From: a virus
Direction: 5' to 3' (one strand)
Virus record (IMG/VR): IMGVR_UViG_3300000944_000005
Span: 46,039 to 110,038 of that record
DNA: 64,000 nucleotides
The translations under genes and the position numbers were made by a program. Shown here in pieces: positions 18,334-28,740 of this stretch (its first letter is position 1; every line of letters starts with the position of its first letter). The notes beneath the pieces are model-generated. The model made no database searches. It was not told the origin of the DNA and saw nothing but the letters and a program-made list of their open reading frames with translations.

Positions 18334-19431
18334 TTACCCTGCATCGTCGTCACCTAAAATAATTCGACGAAACTCTCGTTCGCCTGGACGTCTTGTTGTA
18401 GGTGTTGCCGGGACGGCGTCGCCCCACAAAGCTAAACCATACGCACTGAGACCTGCGCGTAAAGACTCTAACGAGACTGGTCCGAAATTAATCACAGCAA
18501 GTAACTCCTCAGGTGCTACGAGTAGTAGATCCCGTACAGTCCGTGGGTTGTGCTTGTACCCAAGACCTAACGCGGAGAACGTGAAACTCAGCCGCGAGGA
18601 AACTGACTCAAACAATGTTGGCCATGGCATATCCAGAAGTCGTTTATTCTCTATGTCGAGTCGATCTTCCGGATCATCTCCGAACCAACCAGGTACTTCT
18701 GAATGCAGTTCAGTACCAGTTGAATACTTGCGTCGATGGTAGAATTCCAAAACTGCGTGATACGTAAGTTGACGCGCTGACAGATTTTCAAATTCTGGGT
18801 TACGGTTTACGTCAGTTAAACAATCACACCACAACGCCCAGTACTCTCGGAAATTATTTGTGAGTGAGTTCCGATAACGGATTGCGTGTACTAACGCATC
18901 TGCCTTAGCGCGTTTATGTTCTAACGAGTTACGTATGTTATAGTTGCACGAGATCGGAAACACTTCTGAGCGACGTTCACCATCAATGATCACACGCACG
19001 GTCCAACAATGTGGATACTCATAGATGTTCGGACGATACTGATCAACTGTGAAGACCAACTGACGAAAATCTTCTTCGGAAATTATCTCAACGGGTTCTT
19101 CCGGAGGAACGACGATGCCGTAGTGTACTAACGCTTGACGCTGTGCGTCTTCTAGAGCAGTAACTGTGGCGTCCTCTGCACCTTTTCGTAAACCCTCAGC
19201 GTGACCACGTTTGTAACCACGACGCTGAGCGCTGACCTCTAAAGTGGTTATCTGAATATGTGATTGTTTAACAATTTTAACGGCTTCATCACGGGCGTTA
19301 GCAACGATAGTTTGTGCGGTAGTTTCACCTTCCGACTTACCTTTCTCGTAACCGGATTTGTAGCCTGCTCTTGTAGCAGTCTTGACTGACGCATCAGTCA
19401 ACCATGTACGTAACCAACGAAATAACATCAA
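18334..19431 (-). CDS. multidomain protein: FliH-like GYxxG repeats, AP2-like domain and C-terminal RNA polymerase alpha-CTD-like domain
   Basis: TVRDLLLVAPEELLAVINFGPVSLESLRAGLSAYGLAL resembles the alpha-CTD HhH (..[36 protein letters not shown]). WTVRVIIDGERRSEVF...ALVHAIRYRN is AP2-like. Confidence 0.6.
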   Translation of the reverse strand: MMLFRWLRTWLTDASVKTATRAGYKSGYEKGKSEGETTAQTIVANARDEAVKIVKQSHIQITTLEVSAQRRGYKRGHAEGLRKGAEDATVTALEDAQRQALVHYGIVVPPEEPVEIISEEDFRQLVFTVDQYRPNIYEYPHCWTVRVIIDGERRSEVFPISCNYNIRNSLEHKRAKADALVHAIRYRNSLTNNFREYWALWCDCLTDVNRNPEFENLSARQLTYHAVLEFYHRRKYSTGTELHSEVPGWFGDDPEDRLDIENKRLLDMPWPTLFESVSSRLSFTFSALGLGYKHNPRTVRDLLLVAPEELLAVINFGPVSLESLRAGLSAYGLALWGDAVPATPTTRRPGEREFRRIILGDDDAG

Positions 19432-19691
19432 TCACCGTCGAGTTGAATATTACGAAGCTCTCGTTGCGCCAACCGTTCTGACGCCTCTAATTCCTGTATA
19501 CGCTGAGCGTCTTCGTCTGCTAGGCGTTTTCGATAATAGTCCACCTTATCTCGGTAGGCCTTAATTTTAGCAGCGGCCGTGATGGATTTGGAGATCCAGT
19601 TGGTGAGGTTTTTCTCATACCGATTTAACTGCTTCACGACAGAGTCGCGATCGCGAGCACGCTTCATCGGAGTTTTACGTTTCTTTGCCAT
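19428..19691 (-). CDS. hypothetical basic coiled-coil protein
   Basis: Start adjusted to MAKKRK; AGGAA SD. Confidence 0.6.
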   Translation of the reverse strand: MAKKRKTPMKRARDRDSVVKQLNRYEKNLTNWISKSITAAAKIKAYRDKVDYYRKRLADEDAQRIQELEASERLAQRELRNIQLDGD

Positions 19692-19932
19692 TTGGTTCCT
19701 ATTTACCGCGCGACTGATACCCCCGACAGATCGCCGGATAGTCGACGAATGAGGTGTTAAGTTAGGTAAGATATCAAACAGATTTAGGGTCGTGACCAAA
19801 AAACTACGACGATAATATCGTCGGATATACATTGTATGTTATTGTAGGTGGTTGCTAGCAGAGTTAAAAGTCGCCGAATGTGACGTAAACCTCGTATTTG
19901 CAAGGTTTACGTCAAAAATCGTCCGTCAGACC

Positions 19933-21276
19933 CTATAACATACAATGTATGTTATTAACTACTACGTATCTTTCATCATTTATCCTCCGCCGCCTAACGG
20001 CGGGGAGGATGATGAAGGGAGATGCATCGAATACTCTCGCTGCGAGGTCTGTATTATTCTCAGCACGTGTACTTACAACCATCCAGCGACATCTCGCCTC
20101 GTGGTCGTCAGGGAGTCTTACAACGCGTCCTGCAGCCTCAGGGTCCCAGTTCACCTCAATACATGAGAAGAAGGGTGCCAGTGGGTCTGGGACGCTCACA
20201 TAGGTCACACAGCCGTCATATACTCCTAAGTGTAGATTCACACCGTCTGCGATCGCAGCAATCGCTCTGGCGACGCCTGGGCCTTCCACATTGGCGAGTA
20301 ACCGATCGCAGCCATCTGCGTGGGTGTACCGTACGTGCCACCGGCCGGTAGGTGTATGTTGTGTGATCCGGTAATTCCCTGGTTCCTGTGGTTGTAACAG
20401 TTGATCCTCCGGAACTGGTTGTACTGGTACTACCGGTGTGATATGATCACTGGTTGTGTTCAGTCGGACTGGGCGTTGGTACGTTCCGGCCTGGATAGCA
20501 TCCATCGCAGCTTGGCGTGCCGCTTCTTCGCGTTCCTCTTCTTGACGTACGAGACTTGTAGGTGGGGAGACTGGGTTACCGAACACATCACGATAAATTA
20601 CCTCGTTAGTGCGAGTATCTAATTCTTGCGTAACAGTCGCAGAGTTCTCGACCTCATCAGTACTCGCAAAGTAACGGGTCAACCGATCGATGAAAACTCC
20701 GTGGTCTCCATAACACGCACCTAACCACTCGTACAATCCTTCGATTACAAGCATGAATGATCCGTGTATTGACGGTTCTAACGCAGTAGCTACTCTACAC
20801 ACTCTACTCACTAGCGTGTCGGCGTTGAGTTCACCGGCGAGTATGAGTCGACCTAATTCCTCTAGGTGATAACTCATAGACGCTCGTGGTGATGCGTCTT
20901 CAGGTAGTGGTGACGCCTGGGGTAACCTTACAGTTGGTTCAACCCGCCAGTTAATAATGATTGGTTCACCGAAGATACTCCAAGGTACGGTGCCGTGTGA
21001 TTCGTTATTCTCGTTTATCGCATGTAGGATAGTAACTACTAGATCCCCACAGATACCGATGTGCGGGGTCATGACCGCAGCCAACGCCTCTACCGGTAAC
21101 CTGTAAATATCACCTGGTACTAACTCGAACAACGATCGTTGTTCTTCCGTAGGTGTTATTTCGTTCGTAACCCAACCATGTTGCTCGTCGATTTCATTGA
21201 GTGCATCTTGTTCAACGAACTGTAGATAGCTGATCGTAAGTACGTGAGGAGGTGTTGTTGCGTCAGCGGATGTCAT
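19933..21276 (-). CDS. hypothetical protein
   Basis: 447-aa ORF. Confidence 0.7.
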   Translation of the reverse strand: MTSADATTPPHVLTISYLQFVEQDALNEIDEQHGWVTNEITPTEEQRSLFELVPGDIYRLPVEALAAVMTPHIGICGDLVVTILHAINENNESHGTVPWSIFGEPIIINWRVEPTVRLPQASPLPEDASPRASMSYHLEELGRLILAGELNADTLVSRVCRVATALEPSIHGSFMLVIEGLYEWLGACYGDHGVFIDRLTRYFASTDEVENSATVTQELDTRTNEVIYRDVFGNPVSPPTSLVRQEEEREEAARQAAMDAIQAGTYQRPVRLNTTSDHITPVVPVQPVPEDQLLQPQEPGNYRITQHTPTGRWHVRYTHADGCDRLLANVEGPGVARAIAAIADGVNLHLGVYDGCVTYVSVPDPLAPFFSCIEVNWDPEAAGRVVRLPDDHEARCRWMVVSTRAENNTDLAARVFDASPFIILPAVRRRRINDERYVVVNNIHCML

Positions 21277-21547
21277 CGTTCTCGTCCTTTGTTCTGGCTT
21301 TAGTCACTCCTGACGACACCGCAGCCGCCAGGACGCGGCGCCAACATGTAAACGTAATACCATGGAAGCTCCGGTCTATGGCTCCACGCTCGGCTTGTTC
21401 TTCTTCGCCTCTTGCCCATCGCATCAGAGCATGTTCAATGACCATTCGGGTTTTGGGTTCTTCGTAACCACACAGTTTCAGTTCTGCCATTCCTGCTTTA
21501 ACATCAACTGGATCGACGTTGTGGCCTGTTATCAATCCTGTTCGCAT
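21263..21547 (-). CDS. hypothetical protein
   Basis: 94-aa ORF. Confidence 0.6.
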   Translation of the reverse strand: MRTGLITGHNVDPVDVKAGMAELKLCGYEEPKTRMVIEHALMRWARGEEEQAERGAIDRSFHGITFTCWRRVLAAAVSSGVTKARTKDENDDIR

Positions 21548-21568
21548 ATTTCATTCACTTTATTTGTT

Positions 21569-22168
21569 CTAAGGTATTCGACCCACCAGTGCGGATTCGA
21601 GAATGTAAACGGTTTGCCGGAATTGGCTGACGTCGATGTCCTGAATCGGGGTAGCGTCAGAGTCCATCTTGGCTTCGAAGTCACCGCACCCATCGCTGAT
21701 ATTGACGTTGAATGAGTCGGTCGTCGTGAATAACGTGATGTTCCAGATATGCTCGGATAAACATCGCGGGTTACCGTCCTTCCACGTCACGACACATATC
21801 GCCTCGTCGTACAGTGGTCGTTCGTCCATCTCTTCGGCTTTCGTCAACACCTGATGAGTGCCGGCGAACTCTAGATTCGTAAGGTCAGCGTAGGTCGCAA
21901 CTTTCCACCCCTTCGGCGGACCGTCGTACCACTTGTTACCCCACTGCTCAGGTGTTGGTAACATGGTATCAGCAAGGTCTTTCAGGTCTTTCGCCATACG
22001 GGCGACTAATGCGATATCTTTCTTTTTAACGCACACGGTATCGCTATCTCCAGGTCCCTGCTGTTGAAGATTTGAGCAGTGCCGACTTATGCTGTCCGCC
22101 ACATTTCGCATATTTTTTACTCTGGATTCGACACTACCCAGTTCAATCTTTATGTCGTTAATTTTCAT
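21569..22168 (-). CDS. hypothetical protein
   Basis: 199-aa ORF. Confidence 0.65.
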   Translation of the reverse strand: MKINDIKIELGSVESRVKNMRNVADSISRHCSNLQQQGPGDSDTVCVKKKDIALVARMAKDLKDLADTMLPTPEQWGNKWYDGPPKGWKVATYADLTNLEFAGTHQVLTKAEEMDERPLYDEAICVVTWKDGNPRCLSEHIWNITLFTTTDSFNVNISDGCGDFEAKMDSDATPIQDIDVSQFRQTVYILESALVGRIP

Positions 22169-22188
22169 AGTTTTACTTTTTTCGATAG

Positions 22189-22647
22189 TTAACTAGTGGT
22201 CCCGTGAACATCCGGAATCTCGTAATCTTCGCCGTAAACGTCCATGACAATCTCGGGACGTACACGAGAAATCATGTTACAAAACTGTCTAACACCACCG
22301 TGGCGGTTACCACAGTGTTTACCATTGAGTACGACACCCGCATGTCCGTTGGTGTTTACGATCTCAACTTTGATAGAAAGTTCATCGCAAGGCGAAGCAG
22401 TCCAAACGTCACCGATTTTGCTTTGCCAAATATGGTTAATTATTCCTGCGATGATATGCAGGCGTGTCTTTGACGGTCCATTTTCAGGATCCATCTGATG
22501 TAGTACCCAGTCTTGGTAAGATTGCCGGGTACTATCTTCAGCGACTTCATGCCGCCAATCTTGGAGAGGGTAGTTGGGGTGTTGCCACCAGAGATCATTT
22601 TTGAAATGTTCGATGGTGTCTTCGTAACTAATCTGTGTCGCTGACAT
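22189..22647 (-). CDS. hypothetical protein
   Basis: 152-aa ORF. Confidence 0.6.
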   Translation of the reverse strand: MSATQISYEDTIEHFKNDLWWQHPNYPLQDWRHEVAEDSTRQSYQDWVLHQMDPENGPSKTRLHIIAGIINHIWQSKIGDVWTASPCDELSIKVEIVNTNGHAGVVLNGKHCGNRHGGVRQFCNMISRVRPEIVMDVYGEDYEIPDVHGTTS

Positions 22648-22837
22648 AAAAATTTTCTTCGTTTTGGGGACAGTTTCGACGCATCATCACCAGACACCGT
22701 TTGACTGATTTAGCAGATGTGCCGCCGGATTCTTCTGTATGTCCGCATTGCGTACAGGTTGCTTCAACGCCGTCAATAGGACGACCATTGAATTCAACTT
22801 CTACACCACGGACTTCGCAATCAACTTTGTTTCCCAT
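22628..22837 (-). CDS. small Cys-rich hypothetical protein
   Basis: CTQCG ... CL ... CPQ. Confidence 0.6.
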   Translation of the reverse strand: MGNKVDCEVRGVEVEFNGRPIDGVEATCTQCGHTEESGGTSAKSVKRCLVMMRRNCPQNEENFYVSDTD

Positions 22838-23690
22838 CGGGATTTTCCTTTTGTTTCAAGCCTTGCTTACGCAGGCATCTACGGCAGTAATCAACTAAGT
22901 TCTCTGGTCCTACTTTAGGTGGACGAGTGTACGCTATTTTGAATAACCGATTTTTGACTTCGATTCGTGTAATACCAAACTCGGTTGCCAGTTTGTCGTA
23001 GATGTTCTCTGGTTCGACAATCTCACCGTTATCGTTGTAACCGAGGGCCTTGGTGTAGAACTCATGATCATGTTGCATGAGTTTACCTTTTGTTTCCTCC
23101 AAAGCATTTCGATACTTCTCGATCATGGTAGCTTCTTGTGTAACCACTGTGTGATTTAGGTCGACATAGTTAATGGTCTGGGTGTCCAACCATCCGAGTA
23201 ATTCCACATCACAATCATCATCTTCGAACATACTGCCGTAGTGATAACTGAATTGCCACACTGTAATAATATGGAAGTGTCGCTCATCGTGTTTAGATTG
23301 ATTCAATCGATGTTGTTTCGCTTGATTCAATTGTTTCAGTTGTTCCTGTTTATGGAGGAACATCTTTAGTAATTGATCATGGTAAGGTTCGAATACATAT
23401 TCGGCACCGGTGGAATCTATCATCCACTTAACACCACTCATTTCTAGCTCAGAGATTATGCTCCAAGTGAAGACCCAGAACTCTTCGGTAACTTCATGTG
23501 TACCCTTTGGGTGGGGTGTGAAGGTATCAGGTTTTACCTCTGGTGCGACGTGGTCTTTGACCATGTCTTCAATACAATTGTCACCAATAACAATGTCATC
23601 ATTATTTAAAACCGCGTCCAGGAACACTAGTGATCCCACAGGATAATGGGTTGCTTGGATCTCGATTAGACAATCAACGTTATTCGGCAT
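22821..23690 (-). CDS. hypothetical protein
   Basis: 289-aa ORF. Confidence 0.65.
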   Translation of the reverse strand: MPNNVDCLIEIQATHYPVGSLVFLDAVLNNDDIVIGDNCIEDMVKDHVAPEVKPDTFTPHPKGTHEVTEEFWVFTWSIISELEMSGVKWMIDSTGAEYVFEPYHDQLLKMFLHKQEQLKQLNQAKQHRLNQSKHDERHFHIITVWQFSYHYGSMFEDDDCDVELLGWLDTQTINYVDLNHTVVTQEATMIEKYRNALEETKGKLMQHDHEFYTKALGYNDNGEIVEPENIYDKLATEFGITRIEVKNRLFKIAYTRPPKVGPENLVDYCRRCLRKQGLKQKENPDGKQS

Positions 23691-24156
23691 GACGCCTCGC
23701 TCTTTGTTTACGACTATACTCTATGTGTTGGTACTCGCGATTCGATTTCGCTAAGTGACGCTTCCGCCAATTAGTCGCTAGACGGATCGCTTCATCTAGT
23801 CCGTGTTCCTCAACATTCCAGGAACGACGTTCTACCTTTTTTGGATAACGTACTTGAGCACGGATACGCACGTAAGTCCCGTGTTGACGAGGCTCAGTGA
23901 CTTTGATGACACCAGGTGTTTTCAGTCCGCGACTACTTCTTCGATGGCTAATCACTTTGCGAGGGGCGACTAGCTTGGTGAGGTAGCTGTCTCGATATTT
24001 TACAGCCGCAGCTTTGGCTTTTCTTGTACCACCGTACGTGCGGTCACTGAATAGTTTTGTGACATGCTTCCCTGTGCGTGAGCAGAAAAATTGCCACCCA
24101 TGAGTATGACCGACATCTACTCGGCGAATGTTAGGTGAGTTCTTCATGTTCTCCAA
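23680..24156 (-). CDS. AP2-domain DNA-binding protein (two AP2-like repeats, no HNH)
   Basis: IRRVD...GW...KLFSDRTYGG...AKAAAVKYRD and RRSWNVEEHGLDEAIRLATNWR. Confidence 0.7.
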   Translation of the reverse strand: MENMKNSPNIRRVDVGHTHGWQFFCSRTGKHVTKLFSDRTYGGTRKAKAAAVKYRDSYLTKLVAPRKVISHRRSSRGLKTPGVIKVTEPRQHGTYVRIRAQVRYPKKVERRSWNVEEHGLDEAIRLATNWRKRHLAKSNREYQHIEYSRKQRARRHAE

Positions 24157-24503
24157 CCTTCAGACAAAGAAAGTTTTGCGATACGAGTATCCCCACCGTT
24201 ACCGTCATTTGGTGACAGAAAATATGCTTGACAATAATCATCTTCTGGGTCAGAGTCCATCACGAAAACATTCAGACCATGCCATTCGTGATCTGGTTGT
24301 AAACTTGACGGTTGATTAATCCAACACTTTTTTAGGTGAGGAGCTGGTGTAATAATACGTACTGGTTGCTCTTCATCAATTTGCATCGTACGTAAGTTAG
24401 GTAATCGAATTAAGTGTTTACCCATTGCTGGTGGTTTAGTTGTTTGGATAGAGATAGACCACCATTCGTCATCTATTCTACTTACTGTCGCGTTTGTGAT
24501 CAT
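24144..24503 (-). CDS. hypothetical protein
   Basis: 119-aa ORF. Confidence 0.55.
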   Translation of the reverse strand: MITNATVSRIDDEWWSISIQTTKPPAMGKHLIRLPNLRTMQIDEEQPVRIITPAPHLKKCWINQPSSLQPDHEWHGLNVFVMDSDPEDDYCQAYFLSPNDGNGGDTRIAKLSLSEGWRT

Positions 24504-25621
24504 ACATCCTCGCGGAATCGTAACGCCACCGGAAACACTGGTACCGGTGTATCGGTTTCACTGTAGTTCTGGAACTTTACGGTGAGCATCTTACCGATGT
24601 ACTGATCGCGTGAATTCCAGAACGTTTTCTTGTCTTCGTGCGTACCAGGTGCGGTGACGTCGAACACGTGCCCGTCGTCTGTCGTACACCGAAAGATAGC
24701 CATTCCCGCGAACTTGCCTCGACCCTCGGTACAACCGACGACTTCGAATTCAGCGTCCTGGAATGTCTTCATCTTGAGTAGGCCGTGACACCGTTTCCCG
24801 TTGAGGTACTTGTAGTCACCGTGTCGCAACATGGCGCCTTCGTAACCGTTCTCAATGCACTTAGCTTGGAACGCGATAGCGTCAGTTTCTGAAGTAACTT
24901 CTTGAGTCCTTGCTAAGTGTAAATTTGGGAATCTGTCATTACCCCACATTCGCACAGTCGCGAGTAGTTGCCGATACCGATCAGCAAACACACTATCGTA
25001 AGACGGCATGTCGTACATCATGTAACAAAGTTGTTCAGACTCTGGTTGTTGTCGTTTGATGTAAGAGCCAATTGTGTTCAACGGAAGTCCGTGCACATAA
25101 AGCTCGCCGTCGAATACTGAGTTACTAGGCATACAACCTTGTAACTGTTCCACGATGTGATTACACGTAGTGATCTCAACACCTTGACGACTGTAGAGTG
25201 TGATTTCTTGAGCCGCGTTACAGATGGCCAGGCATCTGTGCCCGTCGAATTTAGGTTGTATGCGGATGAAATTTGATTTCTCCCAGTCAACTTTGTTAGC
25301 GTGGTCTTCGTAGACGTGAGCCAACATAGGTGCGGTCTTCATCTTTTCGTCGGACTCTTCGACTGTCAGGCCGTAACGTTCGCGATCGAGTTTCTTCTGC
25401 CACTTTGCCTTTGCTTCTTTTGTAGCCTGTTGTACGGCCGTGGTGGCGTTTTTCTTACCAGTGTTTTTACCTTCGGTAATTCTTTCTGTATCGACCTGTT
25501 TCTGACCGTCAGTAAGTCCATGTGTTACTGTAATCGTTGCGGTGTCATCGAGTTGATGCATCACCTCGATCGACCACTGTTGGATCTTGCCGCCTTTAGT
25601 TCGTTTGTAAAGCGTCTCCAA
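24500..25621 (-). CDS. lig: ATP-dependent DNA ligase
   Basis: KFDGHR (motif I), FDGELY, YDMP, EGAMLR, LLKMK and an OB-fold C-terminus. Confidence 0.92.
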   Translation of the reverse strand: METLYKRTKGGKIQQWSIEVMHQLDDTATITVTHGLTDGQKQVDTERITEGKNTGKKNATTAVQQATKEAKAKWQKKLDRERYGLTVEESDEKMKTAPMLAHVYEDHANKVDWEKSNFIRIQPKFDGHRCLAICNAAQEITLYSRQGVEITTCNHIVEQLQGCMPSNSVFDGELYVHGLPLNTIGSYIKRQQPESEQLCYMMYDMPSYDSVFADRYRQLLATVRMWGNDRFPNLHLARTQEVTSETDAIAFQAKCIENGYEGAMLRHGDYKYLNGKRCHGLLKMKTFQDAEFEVVGCTEGRGKFAGMAIFRCTTDDGHVFDVTAPGTHEDKKTFWNSRDQYIGKMLTVKFQNYSETDTPVPVFPVALRFREDV

Positions 25622-25624
25622 TGT

Positions 25625-26029
25625 TTAGTCCTCCATATTAAGACAATGTTCGCATCCACCATTCTGGACGCATTCAGATTGTTGGGTGATCAGTTCAAAT
25701 GTACAGGTTTCAACCATACCAGTAATCTCGTCGGCTGTTTCTTTAGCGTCAGCGATTACTTGGTCAGGATCATCGGCATCTGCGCTACGAAATGTGAATT
25801 GGAACGCGTCACCGTCTTCGTCAAAACCGCAACCTCGCCAGACTGTTTTACCGCAGCCCCAATAAGCACCTTCATAGTCGTAAGCACCGCACGCGGTCGG
25901 GCACTCATCGGTGATCGGTTCTAGGAACACTTTACCGTGTGGTTGACCTACTAAATGTCGACCCATTTGCGAACCACGACGACCGGAACCGTTTGGTAGT
26001 TTAGGTATCTCGTTTGTTACTTGGTTCAT
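25625..26029 (-). CDS. hypothetical protein
   Basis: 134-aa ORF. Confidence 0.55.
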   Translation of the reverse strand: MNQVTNEIPKLPNGSGRRGSQMGRHLVGQPHGKVFLEPITDECPTACGAYDYEGAYWGCGKTVWRGCGFDEDGDAFQFTFRSADADDPDQVIADAKETADEITGMVETCTFELITQQSECVQNGGCEHCLNMED

Positions 26030-26538
26030 ACTTCCCTCGGATTAGTTACGGATATTCCAAGTAGGTCAAGTCTCTTCGACATAAACCATTTAGCTGTTTC
26101 TGGATCAGCAATTTCACTGACGCGATCGGATAGTTCAGCACACAGACCGTCACGACCTCGCTCGGTCATCTCGTTTTCGAAGTAGGCGTGAGCTTCTTTG
26201 AGTTTGATTGACCAAACATCATCCCAACCTACACGTTGACAGAAGATTTCTAGTACGGTTGGTTCTTCAGTGATGATGATGTCGAACTTATCTTCATCAA
26301 TATGAGCGATCGGTTCGTTCCACGTATTGTCATCAACACATATCATCCACCCATCACCTTCCTGATCACAGATTAGTTTGTGATTCGGGATGGTGCGATA
26401 ATATTTCCGGCCGTACGGTACGTCTTCATAGATGAGTTTGACTTTGACTTGTTTAGGCAATTGTTCCCTCGTTGCGTTAGATCGGTTGGATTTTTGTTGT
26501 ACGTCCTCGGTAATCGATAAAACCGGCTTTGATACCAA
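26026..26538 (-). CDS. hypothetical protein
   Basis: 170-aa ORF. Confidence 0.55.
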   Translation of the reverse strand: MVSKPVLSITEDVQQKSNRSNATREQLPKQVKVKLIYEDVPYGRKYYRTIPNHKLICDQEGDGWMICVDDNTWNEPIAHIDEDKFDIIITEEPTVLEIFCQRVGWDDVWSIKLKEAHAYFENEMTERGRDGLCAELSDRVSEIADPETAKWFMSKRLDLLGISVTNPREV

Positions 26539-26896
26539 GCTTGTTTACGAGATCGAATACCTCGTTACCTACGGTACCGCCGATCAAGACAGGGTTACCG
26601 TTATCGTCGTGACCTTTTAGGTTCTGGACTGAGCACCAACAAAAACAGTTCTTACGTTCTGTGGCGTAATCATCATCACCTTCAACAATAATGACGTTTT
26701 TCTGGTCAAGCCAGATCACACCGTCATCTGTCTCGTCGGGCGTATCACCGCTGTAGTCACATACAGCAATACCTCGCGTACCGTCCAGTTTCGTACCACG
26801 GAACCATTTGTGGCAACGGTCTGACGTGAACAGGTGTGTCCACTGGTAGTCATGTGACGTGTTAACTATTTTTAACAACAGTTGTTCTCCGTACAC
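26477..26896 (-). CDS. hypothetical protein
   Basis: 139-aa ORF. Confidence 0.55.
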   Translation of the reverse strand: MYGEQLLLKIVNTSHDYQWTHLFTSDRCHKWFRGTKLDGTRGIAVCDYSGDTPDETDDGVIWLDQKNVIIVEGDDDYATERKNCFCWCSVQNLKGHDDNGNPVLIGGTVGNEVFDLVNKLGIKAGFIDYRGRTTKIQPI

Positions 26897-27270
26897 TTAC
26901 GCAACCCTGTGACACCTTGCCAGAGCTCTTTATTCGCGTCCCAACCCCAACAGACATGGTCGATGGGTTTGGTCAGGTAACCGTGCACGGTAAGCTTATC
27001 GTTAGCGTAACGGTACTTGTACTCGGCGTTGAACAGAATGTTGTAACGCTCTTCAAGGTTATCGAGATGATCAGCGTCTGCGGCCGTGTACTTCAACGGA
27101 CTGACACCGATCACAGGTAAGAGATTGATGATCTCAAGATGATTCAACCCAATACGATCGAGTGAGTTAATGGTCATTGGTCCGATCCCGAAACGTCCAT
27201 CACGTTCCTGGATTTCAGATAATTGGCGGTTCTCCGGATTCATCCAAGTACGCGAGTTGGTTAACGTCAC
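26872..27270 (-). CDS. hypothetical protein
   Basis: 132-aa ORF. Confidence 0.55.
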   Translation of the reverse strand: MTLTNSRTWMNPENRQLSEIQERDGRFGIGPMTINSLDRIGLNHLEIINLLPVIGVSPLKYTAADADHLDNLEERYNILFNAEYKYRYANDKLTVHGYLTKPIDHVCWGWDANKELWQGVTGLRKCTENNCC

Positions 27271-27488
27271 GGTAACTCCAAGAACATTTTTATTTCATTA
27301 GCCTTGTAACCTTCACGTACTGCCATCTTTCGGAACACGGAAGTTTGCGTACGCTTAGGCGGTACGATTTTGCAGCGATCACCGGATACTGTGTAACCAG
27401 CTCGCGTCCAAATGTCAAGAAGTCGGAACCCACGCTGGATTCCGACTTCTTCTTCAAACGCTCTGTGTGCGTCTTGTTCTGTTACCAT
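27267..27488 (-). CDS. hypothetical protein
   Basis: 73-aa ORF. Confidence 0.5.
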   Translation of the reverse strand: MVTEQDAHRAFEEEVGIQRGFRLLDIWTRAGYTVSGDRCKIVPPKRTQTSVFRKMAVREGYKANEIKMFLELP

Positions 27489-27943
27489 TAGTCTCTCAAG
27501 TCAATTGAACGAAACTCTTTTGTACGCGGAGCTGGGTCCGGCGGTGGTTCTTCGTCCTTGACAATCTTGTTTGCGGCGATCAAGTCACCGATACCTTCGT
27601 AGATGAGAAAATTCCCATCATGTAATGTCACAGCCATAGTTAAAGTCTCCTCGTGATTATTGATAAGTTTTTTCCAGCGATAGTGTGCCTCTAACGGTTC
27701 AAGTCCACTAAACTGTATCGGTATGTCTGGACCGTCTAACTCCGACGGACCAGAGTCTCGTACTAAACGGTTGCGCCCGGAGATAACTACCATACCACAA
27801 TCGTAGCATCGGCAGATTGTAGCTACTTCATCGTGTGTGTGTTGGCGGAAGATAGCTCCAGCGAATGCGTTACCGCATTCATCGTTCAGGTGGTCGTAGA
27901 ACGCATCAAAGTCTACGATGTAGTGAAATTCATCGTTGTCCAT
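27488..27943 (-). CDS. hypothetical protein
   Basis: 151-aa ORF ending KEFRSIDLRD. Confidence 0.6.
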   Translation of the reverse strand: MDNDEFHYIVDFDAFYDHLNDECGNAFAGAIFRQHTHDEVATICRCYDCGMVVISGRNRLVRDSGPSELDGPDIPIQFSGLEPLEAHYRWKKLINNHEETLTMAVTLHDGNFLIYEGIGDLIAANKIVKDEEPPPDPAPRTKEFRSIDLRD

Positions 27944-28299
27944 CCAGGCACATAAGCTCGTACAAAGTTATTACGTAACGTTCTGTAGTCGGTGACTAAA
28001 CCACCAGATAGATTCATGACGCGACCTTTAGGGTCAACACACTCGATGGACCATGAGTAATCAGTGTAGTCATTAATTGCTTCAGTGGCACAAATTGACT
28101 CAAGACCCAAACGTAGTCGTGCACAGATTATTCTGGTGACCGTAGGGATCGTAATGTGCATTCCGGTTACCAGGATCCATTCACGATCTTTATCTTCACG
28201 TGTTGGTGGGTTGTCGGCGTCACCACAATGTACGACGACACCATCAGTGGTGATCCAGTATGCCCCTTTAACCGATAGTTGTTTGACTTCTCCTACCAA
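27913..28299 (-). CDS. hypothetical protein
   Basis: 128-aa ORF. Confidence 0.55.
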   Translation of the reverse strand: MVGEVKQLSVKGAYWITTDGVVVHCGDADNPPTREDKDREWILVTGMHITIPTVTRIICARLRLGLESICATEAINDYTDYSWSIECVDPKGRVMNLSGGLVTDYRTLRNNFVRAYVPGWTTMNFTTS

Positions 28300-28694
28300 A
28301 GTTGCGCTCCGTTAATGTTATAGCGTCTGTTAAGTTCTTCCTGGCTAATTTGCCGCTCTTCTTTCATCGACCGAAATTCAAAGAAGGATGTGTACTGAGG
28401 AAAATAATGAACAACTAATCTTGCGTAAAGTGCAAAGAAATCGTTATTGATCTTAAACGTCGCTGCACCACGTGTAGCGACGAAACGATCCCACCGAATT
28501 TTATTCAGTATTAACCAAATTGAACATCGCTGGATGTTCATTTGTTGTAACTGAAGTATGTACTCAATTATTTCATTGAACACGTTTGGATTTGCCCAAT
28601 GGAATCGTTCAAATCTATCTAGGAGTAAACGATCCGATTCGCTGAACAACCCATCTCGTGGTACGCGGTGGTAGTCGTAGTGTACGTTACTCAT
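28293..28694 (-). CDS. conserved phage hypothetical protein directly downstream of the CRISPR array
   Basis: FERFHWANP...KIRW...FKINNDFFALYAR...FFEFR pattern recalled from uncharacterised phage proteins. Confidence 0.6.
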   Translation of the reverse strand: MSNVHYDYHRVPRDGLFSESDRLLLDRFERFHWANPNVFNEIIEYILQLQQMNIQRCSIWLILNKIRWDRFVATRGAATFKINNDFFALYARLVVHYFPQYTSFFEFRSMKEERQISQEELNRRYNINGAQLW

Positions 28695-28740
28695 CGTTAA
28701 CAACTTTAATTATTTGAGATGGCGTCGAACTGAAACAAAA

